This document shows positions 53,481 to 64,000 of a stretch of 64,000 nt of DNA, in pieces. The stretch is from positions 5,041,454 through 5,105,453 of the forward strand of contig NW_002060946.1 in assembly GCF_000150275.1 (NCBI RefSeq). Reading direction: 5' to 3'. Under the pieces are notes generated by a model, which had not been told where the DNA came from, did not search any database, and saw nothing but the letters and a program-made list of their open reading frames with translations. The first letter of the stretch is position 1. Each line of letters begins with the position of its first letter. Made by a program: the position numbers and the translations under genes. Origin of the DNA: Trichoplax adhaerens (lineage: Eukaryota > Animalia > Placozoa).

Positions 53481-54423
53481 GAAATCTTCACAAAGAAATC
53501 AACATGACTTGGATCAAAAGTGTTGGTTCACTTTTCATAACATCCTCTTCTATTAAGCAATTCTGTAACCCTTGATCATCATCGTTCTAAAGGGATGAGT
53601 AAGCGTTAGAGAAATAAAACTAGATGGAAAAGTTAATCATGCCTTAGACAGACTGATCATTATCCTATATAGGAAATAGAAAAATGTTCAGACTCAATGG
53701 CAGAGTAAAAAAATGGAAAAACGTTCCACTGTTGATTATGGCAACTATTGATACTAGTCTAATTAAGATTGCTGCAAGACAGTAAACGATTCGATAGTAG
53801 AGGTTGTAAGTAACCATTTACTAATTTTAAAATCTGCTATCTTACAAGTTTCCTTTTTTTTTGAGTCAATTAGTCATTGTTGATCATAACAGCAGTGGCA
53901 ACTACAGCAATGACAAATAACTAAAGTATTCCAATATTACAATCAGCATCAGCATTCAAAAGAAACGTAGGCTAAAGCTTACTCGTCTAATCCAACCGTG
54001 GAGAGTTGGGAATTTATTTAGAGTTAGGAAGAAAATGCCTATCAAGAGGTGTATTCCCCTTATTTTAACTACCGTAGCTAGCTTGGAAAATATACAGCAT
54101 AATCCAATTGCCGCAAGTTTACAACTGGATGTTTGGTAAGGGAAAAAAGAAATCATGACTCTATTTTTTAGCTGTCTTAGCGACGGTAACTAGGCTAGAT
54201 CAAGCAATCTCCTATTTGGCATAAGTAAAATTAAATTGACTGTAGTTGGAATAGGTATAAATTTTCACACCGGAATGGTAATAAGTTCAGATTCCATGAA
54301 ATAAGCGATCCAACAGCACTATAAGTAGACCTAGACTTTAATAAACTTGATGATATAATTTGTATCTTTTTTCAATAATATGGAATAAATAATGAGATCT
54401 AACTTAATCATGCAATAACAATT

Positions 54424-54447
54424 AATCAATCAATCAATCAATCAATC
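54424..54447. repeat. (AATC)6 microsatellite
   Basis: Six perfect AATC units. Confidence 0.9.
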
Positions 54448-54694
54448 TATTCATCGTATCCATCATGTTATATCCTGCCCAATGCCAAATGGACAAAAAT
54501 TAGTAAAGAAAATATTTCTAGCCAAATCAATTCTTAATTTTAAACAACTCATCAGTAAAAATCGACATGGACAAAAACTATTTCTGACTAAAAATAGTTA
54601 TTGAACCTGGACTACTGACTGTCCTATATTGAATGGATGTAGTTACTTTTCAATTTTTCAAGTAGGAGGGATATCGGATACAATTAGTATTACT

Positions 54695-55250
54695 ATAACC
54701 CTAGTTTTATCCAAGCTGATTGTTAAGCGTAACTGAAAATAAATTCGATTATTACTATACCCCAGTTGGTATCAGGGAGGAAATTAAATTATTAATGATA
54801 CCATGATCATGATTTGAAATACATCAAATGAAATGATCTGGTTATAAAAATTTTATCCCTAAGCACAAGTTAAGACAATCTCTTAGAACGGCTAGTTTTC
54901 AATCCAAGCTGATCGCTCATCGTTACTTAAAATCAATCCCGATCATGGCTATCCCCTGAGATAGTATCAGGAGAAAAATAATTTATTGATGGAAACATAA
55001 TCATGATTTGAAACAGATCAAATAGAATGATCTGGCTATGAAAAATTTATTCCTAAGCACAATTAAAACCAAGTTAGAATAGCTGGTTAGCAATTCGAGC
55101 TGATTGCTCATCGTTACTCAAAATCAGCTTCGATCATGGCTACCCCTTAATAAGATAGCATCAGGAGAAAATTAAATAATTATTGATGACATCATGGTCA
55201 TGATTTGAAAAGATCAAATGAACTGACATGAAAGCTTTATCTCCTATGCA
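54695..55250. repeat. Degenerate tandem array, ~192-bp unit, 3 copies
   Basis: AGCTGAT.G anchor near 54715, 54907 and 55098; TCATGATTTGAAA occurs three times. Confidence 0.88.
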
Positions 55251-55729
55251 ATGATAGATCAAATTGCCATTTAACGATATAACAGAATTTGCCTTAATAA
55301 AGTAATCATCGGCTCATTCCGTCTTTTAACAGTCTATATACAAGTCAAAAATGTTCAATTTTTATTTTGTTCTTTTACCGCAACGCGACTGTCGAAGATC
55401 AAATGAAATTACTAAATATCAACAAAAAGCCGACATATGGTATTGATTTTTAATCTTATGCATTCATAAATGAGTAATTATTATTCACTTTCATCAACGA
55501 TGTAAGCACGCAATTATATCAACAGAATTATTCACACCGACAATGATTAATTATTGATTTTTACATTCAGTATTTTCCAGAAGATCATCATAAACTAAAA
55601 GACAGAATGTTTATCATGGTAATATTAACACCAAAGTAGAGAATAATTTATTTATTATTGCGTTACATTTCTATTTAATGGTTTACATCACCATATTTAT
55701 TTCATTTTACCTTCTATCTTGAAAGATAT

Positions 55730-56460
55730 AAAAGGAAAATGGTTACCGAAATAGAGAACACAATGCCGAATTTATTCATGATCATTTTTATTACTGCACT
55801 CCCGATGCACATAATTAATCGTTTCCATCGCCAACTATATATCTTTTCTCATTGCTAGGTAGATGATACCGATATAGTAATCATTATCGAAATATAGATA
55901 ATACTATTCAACCCTATAAGTTTAGAAACTCCTTTTGCTAGAAATAATCACCGGTTTGATAAGAACCGGAAATAAACACGGGATAGTTATCGAAATGTAG
56001 AAAGCGATACCGAATTTATCAGAGATTATTTTCGTTATCGCTTTTCAGATGTACATAATATATTTCTATCGCTATTCGTAGATCTTTTCTCATAGCAAGG
56101 TACGTGATACTGTTTTGGCAATCATTTTTGAGATACAGAAAATACTATTCAATCATACAAATTCTAAAACTTCTTTTAATAGAAATAAATAATGGCCGGA
56201 TTATTAAATAACGGAAATAAATAGAGGAATAGTTACCGAGATAGAGAATACGACACCGAGTTTATGAAGGATTATTTTCTTTATTATGTTCCGGATGCAC
56301 ATAATAAATTGTTCCCACCACTATGTATATATGTTTCTCATAGTTAGGTTGATGATATGGATATAGTAATCGTTATCGAAATATAAAAAATATAATCCAA
56401 CCCAGCAAATTTAAAACTTTGCTAAAGCGAGAAATAATCGCCGGCTCGATAAATAACGGA
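55730..56460. repeat. Degenerate tandem array, 245-bp unit, 3 copies
   Basis: GTTA(C/T)CGA.AT anchor at 55742, 55987 and 56232; GATG.ACATAAT and AGAAATAA recur at the same period. Confidence 0.88.
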
Positions 56461-56463
56461 AAC

Positions 56464-56500
56464 AATATTAATAGGAATCAGGTTAATTCCTATTAATATT
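56464..56500. repeat. Perfect inverted repeat, 15-bp stem and 7-nt loop
   Basis: AATATTAATAGGAAT-caggtta-ATTCCTATTAATATT. Confidence 0.92.
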
Positions 56501-58914
56501 ATTAACAGAATTTATTCGACATCAGAATAGAAATAAAAGATCGAATCAAATCATCAACAAATGTTTCATGTAGCTTTATAGCCATATTGGATAGTCTAGG
56601 GAAAAGAAATAATCGGCAACTATAGTCTATATTAACCTCTCTATTCTATCATAACAAGATCAATAACAGTGTTGAAAAAGGATCTATCGTTAATTAATTT
56701 ATTATTTTACACAAAGTTATGATGCTAATGATTAGTGGCTATTGATGAATTATAAATTACCATGTGAAAGGTAGTCTTTTAATAGAAATCGATATCTAGA
56801 TAGATCAAATTTCTTCTTAAATTAGACTAACCAGTGAAAATTTGTCTAAATTATTTTATGCATACTAATACCAAACTAACACGATGCCAGTTAGTTCAAT
56901 TAGATTCTGTTAACATACAGCAGTTTCATTGCAGCTAAGTTATAGTTGGTTACTGGTAGCATAGTAAAAGTAACCGATGACTATCAATTTTAATAAAATA
57001 GCACTTTAAAAGATGCTAAATAGAATATAATACCTAGTCCATTTTATTTGTTATGGTGTTGTGAATAAATTAGATAGAAGATAGAAAATACTTGAGTGCT
57101 ACAGTAATGAATCATAGCTAAAACTTTTCGAACAAAGAATTGAAAAGAAAGATGGCTAATAGATGACAACGAACCAAGGATTCTGGACACAGATCCAATT
57201 TTGGTATAATTTTATAAATAGTTATCCTTATACCATTTTTCTAGTGGATACTTGCTCTATACAGCAAGATAAGTTTAATAATAACAATCATGCAATAGTT
57301 AGGAGACTAATACAAACATTCATTAAAACAATTGAATTCATTTTTATTTTCTACAAAATTTCCAACACATGGTTAATTTACCTTCAGTTTTACCTTTCTT
57401 GCCAAGCTGGTCAAGCCAATCCTCTATCGAAGGTTAATTTGAGTTTCTAAAAAGTTACGAATAGAGATTGATCTACATTGACTAATCTATCGTACCTTAT
57501 GATTTATTATTCCAGCTTTGTGCTATATATGTCTCTTACACCATACCAATACTGTCTAACACATGCATGAAACAATACCGAATTTATTTAAAATAGCAAC
57601 ATCAATGATATGTTGTAGATGGTGAATCAAGATCAGCTTGTTCCAATCTTAATGTAATGTTGACCATATTGTAAACATTCAATCACATGAATATCAAGTT
57701 CTTATTTTCCTCCTGTAAATTGAAATAATAGTGAGCAGCAAGAAATTTTAAGACACACTCATAAATCTAGTCTGTGCTTGACTGCAGACATTGTTTAACC
57801 CTTAATTATAATTAGTAAATAAGAGAGATTGATGGGATGAATTTGAGATTGGCATGGATAGCTATTGTCAATGTTTTTAGTCTATTGATCCATCAATAGT
57901 TTTTGATAACATTATTAGAAATGAAATTAAACAGTTACGGAATTGGATCCTCATCAATTGCAGTAATAGTGTTATAGTAAATCAAAAGATTAATATTACT
58001 TCTTACTTAGCATCTAATAAACTACTTTTCAAAGAGAAAAGTTCATAACAGGTTCTTTCAACTTGTCATTTATAGGTTAAATGCGCGTTTAGCAATGTTC
58101 AGTATCGTAACATATATAAATCAATGGAATGCTCTATTTCTGAGCTTCAGCTATTAATTCATGAACTTGTCCATAAATTTAATCTGGCCATATAAGACAG
58201 GTTTAATTACTGTCCATTGGATATGTTAAACCCAATGCAAAATTAGAACATTAATATCATCAATTTTAAGATACCACGACTGATGCTACAATCAAAAAAT
58301 TATCAGGAAGACTGATTCAAACTGATAACCTAAATCCATGATAAAAATTTATAATTCAAAAAAGACTAAAAAAGCCTGCGTAAGCATCAAATTTATTACA
58401 ATATTAAAGATTTGCAAAGTTATCGAATAAATTAGAGGGGAAAAACACACCTAACAAGAATGATTGAGCTTGATTAAAAGACTATTTAGATGTCTATTAG
58501 CTGAAGGTAAATAAGTTGATTAACTCCTGATTTCAAAGTATTTCGATTTACAGTTAGTTAATGATACTAATAATCAAGTTAAATTATTTATTTCAATCAA
58601 TCTCTTCCGTCTGCATCATTAATATCTAATTAATGAAATGTCCAAAATTAAATGATTGGTTGAAAATTGTATCATGTGATATTTATAACCGATTGCTTTC
58701 ATCTCATTTCTTTTCTTTATCTAAAACAATTTTAATTTCAATTGTTTCCATTCTAGGCAAAACAATTTTATTTATGATACAGATTGATAGCACCTATATT
58801 GGTTACTCTCTTCATAGTGTCACAAGGAATATTTAAAATGGATCGTTGGATTCTATCCAGTCCTAAGCAATCATCATTTCTGGTATCTTAGGATGATAGT
58901 TTAGGATCGGATAA

Positions 58915-59150
58915 CTAAAAAGCTGCTTTTTCGTCATAAGCTGTTATAGTGTAATTATATTGAGCTTGAATTTAGGAAATTTGGCCCTACGTAAATATAG
59001 CATAGTATAGTATCTTTAGAATACTAGTATACAATTGAAATACTTACAAGCCGCTTTTTTGTCATAAGTAGTTATACTGTAATAAATCGAATTGAATTTA
59101 TGAAATCCCGCAATAGATATAGGGTATATACTACTAGTAATACTTTCATA
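58915..59150. repeat. Tandem duplication, ~129-bp unit, 2 copies
   Basis: AGC.GCTTTTT.GTCATAAG..GTTATA.TGTAAT at 58921 and ~59049. Confidence 0.8.
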
Positions 59151-59214
59151 TCTGATAACTGATTCTAAAAATTCTACGCATAATACTGAAACGTAATATG
59201 TAGTAAATGCCAAT

Positions 59215-59700
59215 TGCTGAAGTTTGATCATAAATATAAAATAATAGAAAGTATAATCGGTATGATAGAATGGCGTTGGATATTCTGCTGCTTGATTTTT
59301 ATCTTGCCATTGGCGATGTTGCTAATTAGTAGGTAGTGAATTCAACTAACAAGTTTTGGCCATAAATATAATACAATAGAAATTACATCACTAACGAGTA
59401 ATAGAATAGCACTGGATATTTATATCCCGTAGCTTGATCTTTATTTCGCTATTGAGGATGTTAATTATTAGTACCAATGAATATCAATTAACGGAATTTG
59501 GATCATGAATATGAAATAATGGAAAGCATATCACTAACTTGTGTCACAATAGAGCCAGATATTCTACAAGCTGATATTTGTTCATCCATGGTAATACTAA
59601 ATATTAGTTCTAACTGTTAACGAAATTTTAGCAGCGAATAAAACATTGATCGTATAGCACGCTTATGGAATAAATCTTGATTATAGTGATAGTAAATTAC
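59215..59700. repeat. Degenerate tandem array, ~130-141-bp unit, 3-4 copies
   Basis: TTTG..CAT.AATAT.A....AT.GAAA near 59223, 59356 and 59497; GGATATT...GC.TGAT recurs. Confidence 0.75.
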
Positions 59701-59949
59701 GTGGGGTGGAAATGAAGAGGCCTGTAATAGAAATGAATATTTGCAGCTTGCTACTTATATCATTGTCATTAATATTTAAATTTAGCATTGAATATTAATA
59801 AGGCAATCCTGACATCGACGTAAAATAGAAAGTAGATCAGTTATAGGGCTTCATATCATAAAATTTGTTTCATACGTGTCTCCATTTTCTGTTTATGTAA
59901 AATACTGAAATATATTAACATGCAATACGGACATGGAGGATAAAGTAAT

Positions 59950-60670
59950 CGACTGATTTAATATATTTTACGCCAAACTAGATAATACATGAGAGTAAAA
60001 TAGCGCACAGAGGAAACAAAATCTTAAGCGATTAGTAAAAAAATTAGCTAGTATTGCTTTTAGACATTAAAAGTAATTACTATTGATATCTCAGTAACAC
60101 TAGAAATATATAAAAGTAATACAAGGATTATTGCGTATTTTTGTCACATCATGAGACTTGCTTCCATAGTAACATTAGACTGGAGGATATTTATTATTAA
60201 TAACAGCTACCCCAAGCAGAAAAAAAGTCAATATGGATAATGTACGAAATAGAACACAAATGAAAATAGAAATTAACGCGAGGAACATGAATACATTCAT
60301 GATCTCATTAAATATTGAACACTAGAAATAATATAGCTATCAGCCGCAGTAAAGTAACATTCGTGTAAAAGTAAAGGATTACAACCAACATTGGCCGTAA
60401 CCCATCATATAATTTCGATTTCTTAATGAAGGGCTGTGATAACAATTATAATATAAAAATTAGACTAGGTTACCCAACATACAATTGCGAAATAGAACGT
60501 AGATGAAGATAGAAATCAACTAGAGGAAAATTAAGTCACTGTTTTAATGGTCTTCTTGTACATTCGAAGTAAGGAACAACTGCGGACTTGTATAGTATCA
60601 TGTGACTTGGATCAAAGGCAATATTGTAAATAGCAATATATATTATTAATAACAGTTTCTGTTCAGGAAA
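59950..60670. repeat. Old degenerate tandem array, ~225-270-bp unit, ~3 copies
   Basis: CGAAATAGAAC..A.ATGAA.ATAGAAAT near 60245 and 60488; TATTATTAATAACAG near 60192 and 60641. Confidence 0.65.
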
Positions 60671-62899
60671 ATGGTTAAATCAATAATTATAAATATCCTT
60701 AAAATGCAATTTCAATTTAATACCATTTTTATTATTCCTCTTCTTTATTGAATGTTATGTACAGCTTGAAGAAAGAAAAATCAAACAGTTTAGGCTAATA
60801 TTCAACTTTTTAATTTATCATCATTCATATTTCATATAAGCTATTTCTTTAATTCTGTTTACGGTATGAAGAATTTGAGAAATGAAAGCTAATACTTATA
60901 GCACAGTTTATCCACTGTTTAATATTTAGCCTAGTTATTCTCAATCTGTACCGCATATTTAATAGAAATTAATATCTTCACAAAAATGACGTGTGTGCCA
61001 GTATTTTGTCCAATTTTTACAAACTATAGATTAGCAAGTATAATAAGTTCTATTATTCCATACCTATATACTGCGAATAGAAAGCATAAACTACCGTACG
61101 TTACTCAATCACAAATAGGACAAAATCTAGATGATAAGTAATGATAGAATGGCTTGCATTCAGCTTCTTGACGATGTATTATTTCACGACTCGATTTCAG
61201 AAAGTGCTGCAGTTGAAATTCAAATTATTTTCATCGCTATTCTACCGTTCGAACATTTTTACGTGGAAGTTTATTGTCTGCTTTTTGACATAATTTGGCT
61301 TGGTATTGACTTGAAAAGTATTAACTTTTTATATTGCAATATTGTAGTTCTTTCAAATAAAGTAATATTCAATACTTGAAACCTTGCTAAATAATCGATT
61401 TATGCTAGTAAATAGTATTGTATTGGTAATTATTTTACGGCATAGTATGGATTCATTGTCTAGAAAAAGTTTGTTTTGTTTGTTTAGTCTATTGCCAGAT
61501 GGACTATTTTTAAACTATGACAATATCTCAATCCAAAGACTGCTTTTTATTCCAATTTAATCGAAGACTTCCTCTTTATCACCATAACTATTGAAATAGG
61601 CCGCATAAATTTACATAAATCTACATGATCAATAGAACAAATAGGAGCAATAGCATTTTTGTCGAGGAGCAAAGACAAAAAGAAAAAATATCAGAAATTT
61701 TTAAACACCAGACGTACTAATGACATCAGAGTTATGATAAAACAATTGAAAAATAACTGGTCTAATAGATTTTTCCAACCTATTGTTGATAAAGGAATGA
61801 ATTTGCATAAACAGTATCATATACCATAAAGAGGAAATATTGTAATCGATTTTGACATGGATTTTAGTCTGTCCATGATGCGAACGATGCATTGTTAAAA
61901 ATTTAAGGTTCTTTTAGTAATTCTCGGAATGATCCATTATTGAATAGAAATTATAATTACTTGTTTACTAATAATATTAAAGAAATGGTGCAAACTTTAT
62001 GGCTCGAAAAAAACAGAAATTAGTTCTTGACATTATTAGCTCTTGACTGATCTTGAATCATCTCACGAAGAAATATTAAAAACTATTGTTATGAATCTAG
62101 ATAATATATGATGATACCCTTAATACTGACTAGATAGAGAAGAAGTCTACTAAAAAATCTACTTTCGTGTAAATATAACATTCTTCAGCTACTGCTAATA
62201 AAAGCAAGAAATCAGATGTTGAGATCATCTGTATTTGATCAATTATCATGTGCTCAACCGCCCAAAAATGTTTTCTTCCTACCATGATTAACATTATTAA
62301 TCCTGTAGCTGCCTTGTGATTGATTGGGCTGGTTATAAAATTTTTAATATTTACTTTGAGGTGCATAATTTGCGCCCAAAAAATGAAACCATGGATAAAG
62401 TAAAAACTAAAATATACGACAAGTTCATGATAATTGTAAATGGTAGTAATTATTAACAGCCGATTCACTATAAAATGGGATAGCTTATATTTTATGCCAG
62501 CTAGAAGATTCAGCAGATATGGATAGTGAACTAAGGTTATCCTTACTATGTTCTTTATTCTTTGATTAGTTTACGCTAAATAGAGTTATAATAGTAACAG
62601 AACATTGAGCGCTAATTTAAAATTATCAGTTTCTTTTTGTCAATTACGGATGGATCATTTTTAATCACTTTAATTAATATTAGATACCAAGAGTAACATA
62701 ATGTTTATGTGAGATGTTAACTTAGAAGAAGATTATAAAGCTGGTGTCTGAAGTATTTCGCTTAAGTTACTCCAATAAATTAACCGAGTGGCAAAGCTCT
62801 ATAGTTACTACTAAGAGGAGATGATATCCAATTGAAATCATCGAGAATTGTTTTTAATCAAAATAATTACAATAGTAGAGGCAAAGCCTACCAGTATCA

Positions 62900-63500
62900 A
62901 TTGAGAATAAAGTAAAGTTCTTAACTAAATAGATAATTTTAGACTATCTCTTCCTGCAATAACTTATTAGTCAACATAAAATAAAATAAATCATTAATGG
63001 TAACAAAAAATTGTTCATCTATACACTAAAGTATATAGTATATGAAGATAAATCTATCATACTCTATCGCTTTTATCTTCGTCATTAAATGAAGACTCTA
63101 ATGTAAGACTCTTAACTAAATTGATAATTTTAGACTATTTCTTCCTTTTATAGTCTATTAAACTATCAGCAACTGCTTATTAGCCAGTGTAAAGTATTCA
63201 TTTATAGCAACAAAAAATTGTTTACTTTTTTGCTAAGATATAGAATATATGGAAATAAATGTATCAAATTCTATCTTTATTTATCTACATTATTAAACAG
63301 AGCCTTGAAATTAAGGCTCTTAACCACATAGGTAATTTTGGACCATTTCTTCCTATAATAGCCTATTAAACTATCAGCAACTGGCTATTAGTCAGAATAA
63401 AATAAATCATTTATGGCTTTAAAATATTGCTCACTTATACAATAAAGTATAGAATATGTAAAGATAAATCTATCTGACTTTGTCGTTTTTATCTATGTCA
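62900..63500. repeat. Degenerate tandem array, ~190-208-bp unit, 3 copies
   Basis: TCTTAAC.A.AT.G.TAATTTT.GAC.AT.TCTTCCT near 62919, 63110 and 63319; CTATTAAACTATCAGCAACTG occurs twice. Confidence 0.88.
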
Positions 63501-64000
63501 ATAAGTAGATTCAAATATGACATCCTTGCACAAGTAGCCCAATATTGATTCTCATTCGAAGTATAAATATGGTATCTATATGACTTAGCCGCTAGTATAT
63601 TCCATAACAGAGGTAAAATGGAACGGTTTTGGATATCATCAAGTTAATCTAATGCGCTTTTCATAACGGATTCGACAATTTTAAATTTTATTAGTTACAT
63701 TTACATCTGCTTTCGCTTTAACACAGTATAATGTACTCAACTATGTGAACTAGGATGTACCCTAACTACTTTTTAAATTCCTTTTATCCAACATTAATAT
63801 GAAATATACTGAAGCTTCCTCTAATTCATATGACACTAGTATCCATCACTTTTGAACCTTATTGATTTAAGTTTTATATGGTAAACACTTAGTATCGGCA
63901 CTAAAATGGCAGTATCTCAAGTTGTAGAGACGGCATGAAAGGACTACGACAATAATCCAATCGATCTTCGATTTCGGTTACGTGAGTCTGTATTGAATTT

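Noticed and set aside
26435-62468. Short ORFs listed in the desert (e.g. 26435, 28061, 31168, 43738, 50082, 57163, 61131, 62130)
   Set aside because: I/L/F/Y-rich compositional ORFs with no recognisable motifs and no in-phase splice partners; some lie within non-triplet repeats.

Overview
Eukaryotic, AT-rich animal DNA with short (mostly 70-200 nt) GT-AG introns. Composition and gene style suggest an early-branching metazoan such as the placozoan Trichoplax; this is an inference, not proven. The first ~25.6 kb holds four spliced genes that I assembled by hand. (1) A ~36-exon secreted alpha-2-macroglobulin/CD109-type thioester-protein (TEP) gene (499-8685, +) with a degenerate thioester environment. 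(2) A SEPT7-class septin (11140-15575, -) with three N-terminal micro-exons. (3) GINS2/PSF2 (16974-18129, +), divergent from the septin across a promoter that carries a young 106-bp tandem array. (4) A ~880-aa low-complexity, probably nuclear protein (19889-25560, -), tail-to-tail with GINS2, carrying a GSE1/PHF21A-like 'F..xLGL......E....KR.RR' motif and an eh1-like motif. Because human GINS2 sits tail-to-tail with GSE1, gene 4 is probably a highly diverged GSE1 orthologue in ancient microsynteny. The remaining ~38 kb has no credible coding gene. From ~38 kb onward it is tiled by about 15 apparently unrelated, locally born, degenerate tandem arrays (units ~85-245 bp, 2-8 copies). I found no supportable tRNA, rRNA, CRISPR or transposase. 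Most ORF-track entries are exon fragments or spurious. Exon boundaries and repeat periods were counted by eye and may be a few bases off.
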